Assembly: GCF_009914755.1 (NCBI RefSeq)
Contig: NC_060943.1
Length of the DNA: 64,000 nt
Reading direction: 5' to 3' (one strand)
Source of the DNA: the human T2T-CHM13v2.0 reference genome, Homo sapiens
Shown: in pieces, positions 1 through 19,768 of the stretch
How the letters are laid out: every line of letters begins with the position of its first letter
Position numbering within the stretch: position 1 is the stretch's first letter
Made by a program: the position numbers and the translations under genes
Notes under the pieces: model-generated
Told to the model about the DNA's origin: nothing
Database searches by the model: none
The model's input: the letters and a program-made list of their open reading frames with translations, nothing else

Positions 1-1096
1 AGGCATGTATAAATAATAGGTCTCCCACTCTACAACTAAGGGGTTGAGAAAAATACTGGGTTAGAACCTTTCCTGAGATGTCTATCACAGTCATGCTACA
101 GGAAGAGGGGAGGCCTGGATTAGAGAGAAGAGAGAGGCTGCCTCCAGTGCTCAGAAGGAGGTCCACGCTTCTTTTAATTTCCAGTATCACCTGGGGTTCC
201 TGTGCAGTAATGGCAGCTTAAGCTGCTGGAGCCAGGGGTTTGAATCCTGGGACCCATCCGTCCCATTGGACCATCTGTGAAACTTATTCTGATCTCAGTG
301 ACCTCCATCTCCAGGGGGAGTCTGATGGAATGGGCGCTGTCCAGGTTGCTGCCCTCTCCTGAAGCTTGATAATGAGGAACACTGATGTGTCACTACAGAG
401 GAGGCTGTGGGAAAAAGCTGTTTCTCAGGGTGGCCTGGATCACAAGTTGGCGGCACTTTTGACTTGGCTGGACCTGTGAATTACAGGAATTCTGCTTCAT
501 GTCAGCAACCAGCTCCTTCAACTTCGTGTTCCTCTTTGTAGCCGATTCTCTTGGCCTGATTCCTGAGCCTGTTCTAGAGTCCTCCTCACAATACCTGATG
601 GTCAGGGCTGTGTGTGGAGACCTAATGAAGGGTCTTCTGTGCTCACACAGAGTGTCCAGGGGACAGGCTTCATGACCTCCCCTGCCTCAACCCCACAACA
701 AGATCTGGATAGTGGGCCGGGTCAGATAAAGTCAGAATCCCCAGCATGGGTGTGTGTCCTGGCAGTGCTGAGGTCTATGCCCCAGATGAACCCTCAGTCT
801 CTTTGCAAATACATTTATGTTTTGCATGTGTTGTTGGCTGGTCAGTCTCATGTCTCTAAATTCTTGTATCACCCTGTGGATAAGGTAATAGTCTGCATAT
901 AAGTATATAAAAGCTATCTGATCAGGGTGGGTGTGTTTTACATAGTGGAGTTATTTTTCACCAAAGACGTTTCAAAAAGCTGTAGTAGAATGTATGTATA
1001 GACACACATGCATATTTATATGTGTTAGATGTTAATATATATTTCTATAAATATATGTATATTTATAGAAATATAAATATATATTAAATTTATATA

Positions 1097-2560
1097 TAAT
1101 GTGCCATTTTAACCACTTTAAAATGTGCAATCAAATAAAATTAACCACACACACAGCGTTACATTACCATCACCACTATTTTTCCTAGAAAATTTTTATC
1201 ATTTTAAGCTAAAGATCTGTATCTTTTAAACAATAACTCCCTATTTTTTCCACCCTAGACCTTGATAATCTCTAGTCTACTCTCTGTCTTTATGAATTTG
1301 CCTATTTTTGATGTTTCATATAAATGGAATCATACATATATGTCATTTTGCTTCTCGCATTTTTCACTTACCATAATGTTTTCAAGGTCTATGAATGTTC
1401 CAGTGTGTGTCAGAGTTTTGTTCCTCTTTATGGCAGATTAACATTCTGTTGTATGTGTCACCACATTTGTTTATCCATGTGTTGATGAACACTTAGATTG
1501 TTTTCATATTTTATCTTTTGTGAATAATGCTACAATCAACATTCCCATGTGAGTACCTCTTTGAGTCCCTGGATTCAATTCTTTGGGTATATACCTAGGA
1601 ATGGATGCTGTTTTGTATGAGAATTCTATGATTAGCTTCTTAAGGGACAGCACAACTGTTTCTCCTAGTGGCTGTACCTTTTTATAATCTCACCAGCAAT
1701 GTATGAGGATTCTAAATTCTACATAAGGCTTTCACTTGTTATTTAACATTTTAAAAGAATGGTAGCCATATTTGTAGGTGTAATGTGGTATCTCATTGTG
1801 GCTTTGACTTTGTATTTTCCTAATGACTAATGATGTTGAGTTTCTTTTCATGTCCCTCTTGATGATATGCATATCTTCTTTGAAGAAATGTCTATTTGAG
1901 TCCTTTTCCCATTTATATAAATTGGGTGGTTTGTATTTTTGTTATTGATTTGTAGCAGTTCTTTATATATTCTGGGCATGAAACCATTGTCTATGTGATT
2001 TGCAAATATTATCTCATTCTGTGTTTGGTCTTTTTATTTTCTTGATAATATCCTTTGATGCACAAAAGGCTTGCATCTTTAGCCCAATTTATCTATTTTT
2101 CCTTTTTGTTTCTCATGCTTTTGGGTCATACCTGAGAATCCATTGCACATTTGAGGTCATTAAGTTTTACCCCTATGTCTTTTTCTAAGATGTTTTTATG
2201 GTTATAGATCTTATAATTAACTCACTGATCCATTTTTAGATAATTGTTTGATACGGTTGGAGTACAGTTCTCTAAGTTTATTGTTTTGCATGTGGTTATC
2301 TAGTTGTTTCTGCACCATTACTTGAAAGGATGATTGTTCCTCCATTAAATTATCTTGACACCCTTGTGCAAAAGCAATTGACTTTAAGGGTGAGGGTTTA
2401 TTTCTGGACTGTCAATTCTATCCCTTTGGTCTCTATTTGTATTCTTATGCCAGCAGCTTCTGTTTTTAATAGTTGTAATGTTTTGTGAGATTTCAAATAA
2501 GAAAGTTCAAGTTCTGCAATTTATTTTGGCAAAATTGTTTTGGCTATTTCAAGGGTACTT
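1097..2560 (-). mobile_element. Old L1 (L1M/L1MB-like) 3' fragment
   Basis: Degenerate L1 3'UTR/ORF2-end sequence, T-rich on plus strand. Confidence 0.75.
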
Positions 2561-3611
2561 TTTTGAAAAGCAAGGAGGCCAATGTTTTGCAATTGGGAAA
2601 GCCTTTTCTGTCTTGTTTTGGAGGCAAATTTTGCTGTCTAGGGATCTTTTCAAGAACTTTATCAAAGTAGGTGAATTATCACCACTTCCTTTGCTGAGGT
2701 ACTGTGTTAAAATGTGTGTTGCCTCCCGTTGAAGAATTGAGAGACCCTGGAAGCACTTGCCCATGTGGTGAAGGACAGTGAGCTCCATAATTAGGGGCAC
2801 AGAAGACATTGCTTTGGGACACAATGTTGTCAGGGTAGCTGTGTGCATCTCTACTTGTTTATTTTTTTGTACAACTTGCATCTCTGCTGGACATACTAGA
2901 TATTGAAATCTTTGTTCATTCTCTTGGTTCTGGGTTGGCTGACCTGTCAGCTGGAGCTGGAGGACATGCCTGGCAGGGGAGTGACCCCCATGGGAAAAAG
3001 CAGGGCTCAGCAGAGTGAAGGCAGCTGGGACCCAGAGAAGCCAGGGAGGTCTGACTCTTAGAAGTCAAAGACCAGCAGGTGGGTGTCCTCAGGGGCAAAT
3101 GGACTGCACTGGTACCCATTGCAGTGGACTTGAAAAAGGTAAGAGGCTTTGGGTATCTCATTTTCTCTCTCAGCTCTTCAGCAGGAGATTTGGGCCCTGG
3201 GCTGGTACTGTCCTGCAGCAGGGGCAGGGTAGACAGGAATGGCTGCATATCAGGCCTATGTCCATGTCATCCTCTCAGGCATTGCCACTGAAGATGGAGA
3301 ATTTTGTACAGAGGCCCAGCCTGGGCACATGGGAGGAGCCACCTTGTTAAAATTAATTTAAGAAAACAGTATGCATGCTTTATTCTTCTAGAATAATTAT
3401 TAATGTCATGTTTTACAATGTATCTCTTAAAGGAATGGTGAGAATCATCTACATAATGTATGTTTTAAGTGGTCTTTTCTATAATTGCAGCTTTCATATG
3501 TTCTTATAGAAACCATTTTCTTTGGGAACACACAGGCAGTATCTCTGTGTTCATTTCTACTGGGAAATATTTATGCAGGGTGGAGAGAGTCACATTTCCT
3601 AATGAGAGATG
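1097..3611. repeat. Paralogous (segmental-duplication) block; second copy at 54386-54924 + 60866-62129 + 63142-63897
   Basis: Colinear, same-orientation similarity through an old L1 and then unique sequence, e.g. gggtgtcctcagggg.aaatggac and atctctgtgttcatttcta in both copies. Confidence 0.9.
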
Positions 3612-4504
3612 GAAAGCATCTGACTACCAGAAAGTGTCCAAATGCTGCTGATAATGATCATGGGGCTGCAGGTGGAGGTCAGGCTGGAGGTGGGTGTCAG
3701 GGAAAGTAATTTTGAGAGTCTTTTTTTTTTTTTTTTTTACAAAATCATGGGCAGAAGCCACCACCTGGACCCAACACATGTTGGAATGGATGAGGGACAG
3801 AAATAGAGCTCAGTAAATTAAGAATGAAATCCAAGAGTGGGCAAGAGGTTTGAGAGGTCGACGGGTGTGAGAGGTGGATGGGTGAATGGTGAGAATGTTC
3901 AAAACATCTTCTTTCTCCATAATAAGGGAGCATTTAGGCCCCTGAGTCAGACAGTGTCCAGGACAGGGGGAGCAGGATGTTGTCAGCTCTCCTGGCCAAA
4001 AGTGAGACTCCAGCAGTGTCCAGTTACTTGGTCCATTTTGGGATTTATTAATATTTTAAAGATGATCCAACAGTATACAATTTTGAAAATATACAAAAAT
4101 CCCTATGCTACCATTCATAGATAGCTAAGATGGCCCTAAGATGGTGAGAGAAGCAGAATGGGGTTTGGGTTTACATTGTATATTTTTTTCTCCCAATATC
4201 TACAGAATTCCCTACATCCCACTTTGTAATGTAACCCAGTGGGTGTCATTCCCATTCGCAGTTACAGACCTTTCCGGTTCATGGTTACAGACCCTTGGAA
4301 AACCCATACCATTTCTGCTGTGAGGTACAGGCAGCCATGTGGCATCATCTCTAAACATGCCTTCTGGGACATCAAATTGCTGATTAAGTAAAAGCCATTT
4401 CAATCGATATTGAAGACCTCAATTTTACCACTCTCACACTTGTAATTCTTCTACCAAGAGGTGATGGATTTTAGTGGTGATTTGCTTTTATAGATTAGTG
4501 TAGA

Positions 4505-4700
4505 TTAATGCTTCTGCCACGGGCAATTTTTTCATTCGGAAAAGCATTTGGCAAAGTCTGGAGACACTGCTGGTTGTCAGAGCTGGGGGAGGGAGTCCTG
4601 CTGGCCTTGAGTGGGTAGAGTCCCCAGATAGTGCTGAACATTCTAGAGCTCACAGAGCCCCACCAGCATGACCACTACAATGTTCAATGCTGAGGAGGAG
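4505..4700. mobile_element. MER20-like hAT DNA transposon remnant
   Basis: catttggcaaagtctggagacac...ggttgtcagagctggggg...gagtgggtagag motifs. Confidence 0.55.
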
Positions 4701-5449
4701 TGGAGAGCCCTGATATGCCTCCCCTAGCTTCTCTGGAGCTTTTTACCTTCTCCTTCCATCAGTCTCTACCACTTTCTCACCTCAGCTTGCTCCTTGAAGC
4801 TTAATGCCTTCCACTTGAACTTGCCCTTAGTTTAAGACCTGCTGTAATTTCTCAACTCCCCTGGCCCCTTTCTGATCCTTAGCAGGGTGTCCTCTAGAGG
4901 GCACCCTCACCTTTCCTGTAGCTTCCCAGGATCCAGATGCACCTGCCCTGTGTGGGCACCAGGGATACGGCCGTGTGCCTGTGTCCCTAAAGGTCCTGTC
5001 ACTCACGACCTTCGTGTGAGAGCAACTGAGGTGATATTACCCTCCCCTACTTTTCTTGGAACATAAAAATTTGTGCAAACCTTGTAGAGTAAAATTTCTT
5101 AATGCATGTGAAAATTTAAAATATATATATTTTTGCCTCCCAAACTTTACTGGGAAAAATTTATCACGGTCACAGTCATAAAAAATGACACCTAATCAGA
5201 GTTATTCACTGTATTGTTTAACAGCAAAATATTGGGAACAACCTAGACTTTCACCAGCACAATGCTAATTAAACAGGTTACCTTATATCTATACAACAGA
5301 ATATGATGCAGCTGCATAAAAAGTATGGAATCTTTCAGCTATGCATATGGAAACACCTCCATGTTCTGTTTTAATTATAGCATCTAAACATCACAGAATA
5401 AGATGAAGTTTTTGTACTAGATCTGACCTTAGAACATTATTTTTACTGT

Positions 5450-5762
5450 TTTTTTGTTTTGTTTTTTTTAAGAGAGAGGGTCTCACTCTCATACCGAGGC
5501 TGAAGTGCAGTGGCAAGATCATAATTGACTGCAGCCTCAACCTTGTGAGCTCAAGTGATCCTCCTGCCTCAGCCTCTTGAATAGCTGGAATCACAGGCAC
5601 TTGCCACTATGCCTAGCTAATTTTTTGTGTTTGTTTCTGTAGAGATGGGGTTTCACCCAGGCTGGTGAAAACCCAGGCTGGTCTCAAACTTCTGGGCTCA
5701 AGTGATCTGCCCACTTTCACTCCCAAAATGCTGGAATTACAAGCAAGTGTCATCACACCTGA
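5450..5762 (-). mobile_element. Alu (AluJ-like)
   Basis: Diverged Alu dimer with T-rich tail on plus strand. Confidence 0.85.
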
Positions 5763-7018
5763 TTCTGCCTTTTTTTTTTTTAATTGGACTGCAGTCTACT
5801 CACTCATCACTTTTCCCATCAGGTGATTTCTAATTTTCCTCTATTTCTCTACCATATGTCCATGCCAAAATCCAGATGTATTTGCTTTTGTCTAGAATTA
5901 ATTTTTTTTGTTGTTGTTAAAGAGAAGCCTTAGAAATGGTCTCCTAGCTGATTTTCAGGATTCTAATCTTCACTGTCTAAGCCATAGGTTTCCAACTCTG
6001 GATACTGATTAGAGTCACTTGCAGGGCATTTAAAGCCTACCAATGCCTGTACCATCCCTCAAGTGTATCTGATTTCGCTGATGTGTGGTGTGGCCCAGGG
6101 ATTGGTTGTTTAAAAATGCTTTCAAGGAAAAGGGTCATTTTGCAGTGGAGGAACTTTAGCCCAGTGATCAAAGTTAACATCCCCAGTAATCAGAGATAAC
6201 GACATCTTAGGGCATTCTAAATATGATGGATGGAGAAGGTGCAGCATCACCCCTGTGGTATTCTTGTACAAAGCATATAACCTGAGTTTAATCATAAGAA
6301 AATATTAGAAAAGTCCAAACTGAGGGTCATTCTACAAAATAAGTCACCAACACTCTTAAGAAATGTGAAGGTCTTAAAGGTAAAAGAAATCCTGATTAAC
6401 TTTCCCAGATTAAAGGAGACTGAGAGAACAGTACAATGAAATGCAATATGTGATACCAGATTGGATCCTGGCCCAGAAAAAGGACATTAGTTAGAAGATA
6501 GAGGGGATTTGAATAAGGTCTGTACAGGCATTCATTTTACAGTGTTAATAATCATTTATTGATTTTGATGATTACGTGCATATCTATAATGTTAATATTT
6601 GGGGAAGTTGAATGAAAAGCATATGAGGACTTTGCCTATTTTTGGAACATTTTTGAAAGTCTGAAATTATTTCAAAATTAAACATAAAAAGAAAAGAAAT
6701 ATAGATCTTTTAGATATTTCTATTAAGTTGCCAAAGTTGAAGACCATTTCCCAGCTTATCTTGCCTAATACTGTCAGAGTAATCTTCCTGGAAATGCTGT
6801 TTGTCATGTTTGTGACCTCAAAGCTTTCCAGTGACTTCTCTTATCTGTAGGATGAAGTTCCCATTATGTAGGCTGCCATTCAGTGCCCTCATAGCATAGC
6901 CCTGATCTCCCTTTTTTCTGATCTGTGTTGAAAGACCTGACCAACATTTTACTTTCTTATGTCCAAAACTGTTCGAATTTTTTCTTGCTTATGTAATGCC
7001 CTTCCCTGACTTCTCAAC

Positions 7019-7530
7019 TGTGGGAGTTCAGTCAAGGTGGTGGGAAAGATTTTAGAAGAAAAATTATAAAGATAGTTATAGGAAATAGTCACAAACCTTC
7101 TTGGAAGGCCGGGTGGTTTGCATAGCTTTAGTAAAAGGTTTGGCTGAAGGCAGCTGAATTATCTTAAAAGCTTAGGGTGTAGATACATAGGAATGTAGAG
7201 GAGTTTATCTAAATAGCTTGTTTACTCAGGCGGACCTAAAACCAACATTTAATCCTATGCTCGGGGAACTACTCGGGAGGTCGGCAATGTCAATTACCTT
7301 CTAGTGGTGTTTACTCAAGACCTTTGTCATTTAATCTGTACTAAATAAATGTGAACCTCGCTGGCTGATCAGGGCTGCAGCTGCTAACTCTTTACCCGAA
7401 GGGTCTGGCCCCTTCTTGGTATCGGTGAGTAGTGACTCGGCCGCCTAGCCTGCTCTTTCGCCAGATATTTGTGTCTGAGTGTATTTGTTCATCCGTTGCT
7501 GGGTCAGGGTCTGCTGGTTGGACCCAGACA
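7019..7530 (+). mobile_element. LTR22 (5' LTR of HERV-K22/HML-5)
   Basis: TG...CA termini, AATAAA, followed by a tRNA-Met-like PBS (TAGTGCCCTGTGTGAGGA 7533-7550) and betaretroviral gag. Confidence 0.8.
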
Positions 7531-7844
7531 GTTAGTGCCCTGTGTGAGGACCTGGCATGTTGGTGCCCAGGTCTGAGGTATAGCTGCAAAGAATCGGGAA
7601 CCCTCGAAAACGAAGAAGACTGTGCCCTTGGTAAGCCAGTAAGTCAGTAAGTCAGTAGGTCATTGGTGCCCGCTTGGGATCTCCAAGTTCGAGGGAATTG
7701 TTGCGGCTAGGGTTTGATCATGGGACAACAGTTATCTGCACAACAGAAGCAGTATATAAAAGTATTCAAACAGCTGCTTAAAGCCACTGGAGCCTCGGTT
7801 TTGCAGGCTCAATTAAGGGACCTAATGCAAATTGTATCACTTAA

Positions 7845-8441
<597 letters not shown>

Positions 8442-8797
8442 GCAAGAGCAATGGGTCCCAGTATAATCTTTAACGCTGTGGGCTTTAGTGAGGGCGACTC
8501 TGGTCCCATTATACACAGAAGATCCTAAAAAGGGGAAGGAGAAAGAACCGTCACCTATTTTACCACCCCTGAGTCCCTCAGCCCCACTATCACCGGGCCA
8601 AAATAACAAAGAGGAAACGAAGGTTTTGCCTGAGACCCCTCCTCCAATAAATAAGAAAAAAGACAAGGGATACACTACAGCTATGGGACCCTGTCTTAAG
8701 CAAGCGGCATTAGAAGGGGAGCTTTTAGCCTGCCCGGTGATGCAAAATCACTAAGGTAATCAGGTGTATGTTTATAAAGAGATAAGGAAAGGCATTA

Positions 8798-8895
8798 ATG
8801 GGGTGCAGCACACCAACATGGCACATGTATATATATGTAACAAACCTGTACGTTGTGCACATGTACCCTATAACTTAAAGTATAATGAAAAAGGG
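8798..8895 (+). mobile_element. Very short 5'-truncated L1PA 3' end
   Basis: gcagcacaccaacatggcacatg...aacttaaagtataat, flanked by AAAGGCATTA direct repeats (8788-8797, 8899-8908). Confidence 0.85.
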
Positions 8896-11376
8896 AGAAA
8901 AGGCATTAGAAGCCGAAGCTGCGCAGCCAAGCGGGCGGAGGGCGAAAGGAAAGCCTCAGCTGCAAAAAAGCTCGCAGCGCCCAAGCTGACAGGGTTCGGC
9001 CAGGCCAGCAGCATCCGCACCGCGGTGGGAGGAGGGAGCGGTGCAGACAAAAAGCCGCACAGACAAAAAGTGGCGCCTAAACAAGCACAGTGCGGCGGCC
9101 GCCCAGGACCCGCCCGGCTGCCCTCCGGCTCCACATGGGGCCCATGGTAAAATCGCATGTGTTCTTTGTATACAAGGAACATCCCAAATTATAATTCTCT
9201 GTTAAAATTTAAGTTAAATTTAAATTATAATTATGGCCACTGTTTTTCCTCTGCTACCCCTGATATGGCTCTCTCAAAATCTTAATTGGGTAAGAGTGAC
9301 CTCTGAAGGGAGAAAAATTACAAAGAGCCCATAAATTAGTTGAGGAACGATTAAAAGCCGGCCATATAGAACCATCTAACAGCCCTTGGAATTCGCCCAT
9401 TTCGTCATTCCCAAAAGTCTGGCAAATGGAAACTTTTGCATGACTTACGTGTTATTAATGCTAATCTACAGCCTATGGGACCCCTTCCCCCGCGGCGATT
9501 CCTCAAGATTGGTCTATAATTGTTATTGACTTAAAAGACTGTTTTTATACTATTCCTCTCGCAGAACAGAGAAAAATTTGCGTCTACATTACCAGCTATT
9601 AAAGTCTGTCAGATTTTACACTGATAATGCTTTTTCTTTTTATGTGCAGAATAAAGACAAGATGAGACCAAATATTCTTCCCCCTACTTGTCTCTTCCTA
9701 CCTGCTTTCCCTCCTTTAAGAAGATGTGTAAGTGCCAGGCCTCCTGAAAACCACCTCAAGGACACAACAAGCCATAGAGGGTTTCTACAACTTGTGTTTT
9801 TCCAGGGTATGCCCTCAAGCTCTGGTCCAATAAACCTCAATTGATTCAGACACAAACCTCAACTGATTCAGACACTTGAATCAGGCACTCAATTTGGTTA
9901 ACATTTTGCCAACCATGAAGGGGGTCCTCTTAATGGAGTTTAGAACCTTTGACCTGCAGTGCTTCTTTTGTTCATGCTCAGTACCAACTATAGAGCTTTA
10001 GTTGTGACCAGTCATGTGACTTTCTGAGAATTGGATCCTACTTTCTCTTGAGGTCCCTGCTCTCTCCGATTTTTTTGTTTGAGATCTGAGTTTTGTTTCT
10101 TCATGGAACTCCTCTCCTCATGGAGCTTTGCTCACTTCCTAAAAGGAACATGAGTTTCCTGCTCCTGTGACAATGGAGAGCCGACTACAGCTTGGTCCCT
10201 GCTCAACTAAGGAGCTGGTTTGGGGTTTTTAGAATTTGGTAGCTGCAGGATAAGGCTTATTACTACTTCATTCTAACCTCTCCTTATGCTTAGAGTGTTC
10301 AACAGTATGTAAATAGTGCAGTCGCTATTTGTGTTTTTGGTTTTTATCATTCTTCCTTTGGATTTGACCAACTCTTCACCTTGTCTAATGTCCAGAACAC
10401 CTTTCACTTGGTCAAATCCAAATCTAACAGGAGCTCTAAATTATGGTGAAGCAGGCCTTTAAACTGGCTAAAATTCTGTAATGGCAGAACATCCAACTCC
10501 ACCTCTAGAAACACCTGTTTGTTGAAGAAAATAACAATATTTTAACCCGCAATATATTTCTTTGACAAATTTTGACATGTCTGTCAGAGGGCCAGCAAAT
10601 AGAAGTGGCCCTGCACAGTTGCCTTTTGTGGAAAAAATCTACATCATAGAGAATCATTATTAATGCAGGCATGTCTTCCCTTATCTGGATCTGGGAAAAA
10701 TGGACTGAATCTGATACCTTAAAGATAAACAAGTTTAGCATTGATTTTTCTCTGAGGGCTGCTACCTGCAAGGTTTTACTGACACAAGACCAGCTTTGCT
10801 AACTGAACTTCCTTTCTTTCTCCCATTACCTGTATTACCACTAAAACCTGATTTACCTCCATAACCTCGTTTTGGACATGCAGAAATGCAGAAAAGTAAT
10901 CAGCCAGCTAAAGGGTAAAAATGTATTAGTCTCAAGTTTCCTGGCTTCCCTCTGTGCATTCTTTCCAATTGGATGGTAAAAATCACTGTTTCCTCCACCA
11001 AATTTTGATTAATGGGAGATTTGTGTTGGACTAGTCTTGGTGTAGTAATTCTGGTGTACTTTTTAGTAATGTTGGGGTATGAGTATTTTGATTGTTTAAT
11101 CCATTTCCTCCCAGAAGTAGTCTTTTCCTTTATCTCTTTCATTCTGTGTTGCTCATAAAGGGAGGTACTGGATAAAGTTTTCTCTCATCTTGTGATATGT
11201 CCTTGAGGGCTTGATTTGTGACCAAGTCAGAGCACTCACTCTTGGTCTCCACCATCAGGGGGAGGAGTCATTTTTGAGTCACATTAGGTGACCAGCTGTA
11301 ACATGGCTGAGACCCTGAGGTTTTTTATTTGTTTTGTTTTCCAAATGTGTTAAGCTCCCAGGAGGGCTTGTCATAA

Positions 11377-11708
<332 letters not shown>

Positions 11709-12454
11709 GTCCCATCCATCAGGGACTTTTGTCATTCCCAAGTCTTGTTGCTTGGATAGGGCTGTGGCAACAAGAGTCTTTTGCTTTCCTAAGCCTATTC
11801 CTGAGAGTACATATTTTATTTTGTGGTGGGGGAAAAGATCATTGGGATTGGCTTTTCACTGAAGAGGCTGTTGGATTGAGTCACTTAGAATCAATACACC
11901 ACTGGAAATTCTAATTGTCCATGGCCAGAAGATGGATTCTTTAAATTGGGACATCTAAGTTAAAAAATATTTTAGAGATCTCTTATTCCAAACAGTTGAT
12001 CAGAGGATTGAATTTCAAAGAAAGACACCTGATAGTGTTATGGCTAGCCTTAAAATTTCTTTTGACTAAATTACAGAGCAAAAAATCTCACCTAAAACAA
12101 AGTTATTTTTTTGTAAGCTCAAACTGCTTGACTTAGATCATCTGAGAAAATAAGAATAGAAGCCACTTTACCTTGTCATTGAATAGTTAAAATCTTATGC
12201 TTTTACTGCTGCAGCCTGGATTTAATTTTGGGTCAGGGAACCAGCCTTACTTGTTCTGATATTTGTGTGATTTTTGAGTTTTTGAGGTGCTCCTTGACCT
12301 CTTTGGAGATGCCTCATACATCCTTGGCTAAGCCATAATCTTGGTTAAGGCTTATTAGTTTCATTTGGGAGGATACTTTTGGTTAAAAAAAAAAATCAAA
12401 AGCCAGAAATATCAGCTGTTTGTCCTACCTAAAATCTGATATGAAGAAGTCTGA

Positions 12455-13072
<618 letters not shown>

Positions 13073-13164
13073 ACTTTTTTTTTTTTTTTTTTACATTTTA
13101 GAAGCATCATTTTTTAGGAACTATGTTTTTAAATTTTTTATTATTTTATTTTATTTTTAAATCT

Positions 13165-17510
<4,346 letters not shown>

Positions 17511-18064
17511 GGTATGCATGCTCATTTGAGGTGTTCTTCCCTTATTAAAGATTGCTAAAATCACATGTGTTGAAAAGCATTTGGGATTATTTACTTAATT
17601 GATGAGTACTCATTTATTTTTGCATTAATTTGATACCATGTATAAACAATATATAAACATAGGTATGGACATATACATATATGTGATACAACATAGAACA
17701 TATACATGTGCACATAAAGATAGAAGGAGACAGAAATACTTTAGATTTTTGATTTTAAAACTATGCATAGAACCCATAAAACTCACTATTAAAAAAAAGT
17801 TGGATTTAAATTGTGCTTTTGTAAATAGAAAAAGTTAACATTTATCTGAGGAAGCCCTTGCTGAGTTTTAGAGAAAGTAGGTAGTAAATTTACATCTCAA
17901 AGCACAGAGAGAGAGAGAGAGAGAAGGAATTTGGGTGTGTTCAAGGAAGATTAAAAATAGGTGGCAAGGTAACACAAAAATGATAGAAATTTATAACAGG
18001 ATTTTATAAGGAGACCAATTTTATTTCCATACATAGCTTTTATTTTGGTCTCTATTTTCCAACT

Positions 18065-18429
18065 GTACTCCAGGGAACACACTACACAGGCTCCCTTAAG
18101 TGCTGGTGGGCCACTGCACATGCAGACAGCCCACTTTAAGGGAAGAATCGGGGGAGAAGAGATGCAGACCCCAGAATTATGCCAACATACGAAAGCCTAA
18201 GTCAAAGGTCAAACCACACACTTGAAATCTCATCGCCTGTTTGGCCCTGTTTTAAGTGTACTTTACTTTCTTTAATTTCTGCTCTAAAGCTTTTAAATAA
18301 ACTTTCACTCTTGCTCTAAAACTTGTCTCAGTCTTTTCTTCTGCTTTATGACTCTTGGTTGAATTCTTTCTTCTGAAGAAGCAAGAATTGAGGCTGCTGC
18401 AGACTTCTACAGATTTGCTGCCACTAATA
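18065..18429 (+). mobile_element. MER50 LTR, 3' half
   Basis: Continues the MER50-like sequence (aagtcaaaggtcaaacc...aataaactttcactc...gcaagaattgagg). Confidence 0.7.
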
Positions 18430-18844
18430 TACTTTAGTGCCATTCTACATGATAGAATATATATATATTCTTATATTTATACATAGATATATAATATATG
18501 TATTCATAGAGGCCTTGAATCTACATTCTTGCTCCACTTTATGTAAACAATCCAGGTATAAGACTAAAACTTATTTTGGAAATACATTGGTCCCATATGA
18601 TTTCTATTTCATAAAAATGGGAGACAGGAGGGGGAAAATTATTTTTCAGAAGAAAACAACAGAACAATGGTTATTGAATTTTAGATCTGTTCTTTTTTTC
18701 TTGAACTTTGTTATTTACCTACAATTTGGACTGAATCCTAAATTTTTTCCTGGCTACAAATTTCAAAACTAATGGTTTCAGAATTTTCTTCCATTTTTCT
18801 TCCATTTTGGTATATTGTAAATTAAAACTGTGATTTTTAAATTT

Positions 18845-19768
18845 TTATCTTTTTTTATTACACTTTTAAGTTCTGGGATACATGTGCAGAACCTGCAGGT
18901 CTGTTACATAGGTATACACGTGCCATGGTGTTTTGCTGCACCCATTAACCCATCATCTACCTTAGGTATTTCTCCTACTGCTATCCCTCCCCTAGTCCCC
19001 CACCCCTCAACAGGCCCCAGTGTGTGATGTTCCCCTCCCTGTGTCCATGTGTTCTCATTGTTCAACTCCCACTTATGAGTGAGAACATGTGGTGTTTGGT
19101 TTTCCGTTCCTGTGTTAGATTGCTGAGAATGGTGGTTTCCAGCTTCATCCATGTCCCTGCAAAGGATATGAACTCATCGTTTTTTATGGCTGCATCGAAT
19201 TCTGTGGTGTACATGTACCACATTATCTTTATCCAGTCTATCATTGATAGGCATTTGAGTTGATTCCAAGTCTTTGCTATTGTGAATAGTGCTGCAATAA
19301 ACATATGTGTGCATGTGTCTTTATAGTAGAATGATCTATAATCCTTTGGGTATATACCCAGTAATGGGATTACTGGGTCAAATGATATTTCTTGTTCTAG
19401 ATCCTTGAGGAATCGCCACACTGTCTTCCACAATGGTTGAACTAATTTACACTCCCACCAACAGTGTAAAAGCATTCCTATTTCTCCACATCCTCTCCAG
19501 CATCTGTTGTTTCCTGACCTTTTAATGATCACCATTCTAACTGGCATGAGATGATATCTCATTGTGGTTTTGATTTGCATTTCTCTAATGACCAGTGATG
19601 ATGGGCTTTTTTTCATATGTTTGTTGGTCACATAAATGTCTTATTTTGAGAAGTGTCTGTTCCTGTGCTTTGCACACTTTTTGATGGAGTTGTTTGTTTT
19701 TTTCTTGTAAATTTGTTTAAGTTTCTTGTAGATTCTGGATATTAGTCTTTTGTAAGATGGATAGATTA
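18845..19768 (-). mobile_element. L1PA7/8-like 3' fragment
   Basis: ORF2 C-terminus (19062..19631) plus 3'UTR. Confidence 0.9.

Noticed and set aside
1-902. Unique-looking sequence with a 96-aa ORF (612..902)
   Set aside because: Non-ATG start, no recognisable homology or exon structure; cannot support a gene or pseudogene call.
9832-9875. 22-bp tandem repeat (aaacctcaa.tgattcagacac x2) as a CRISPR-like or regulatory array
   Set aside because: Only two adjacent copies with no spacer, inside an LTR; a simple local duplication.
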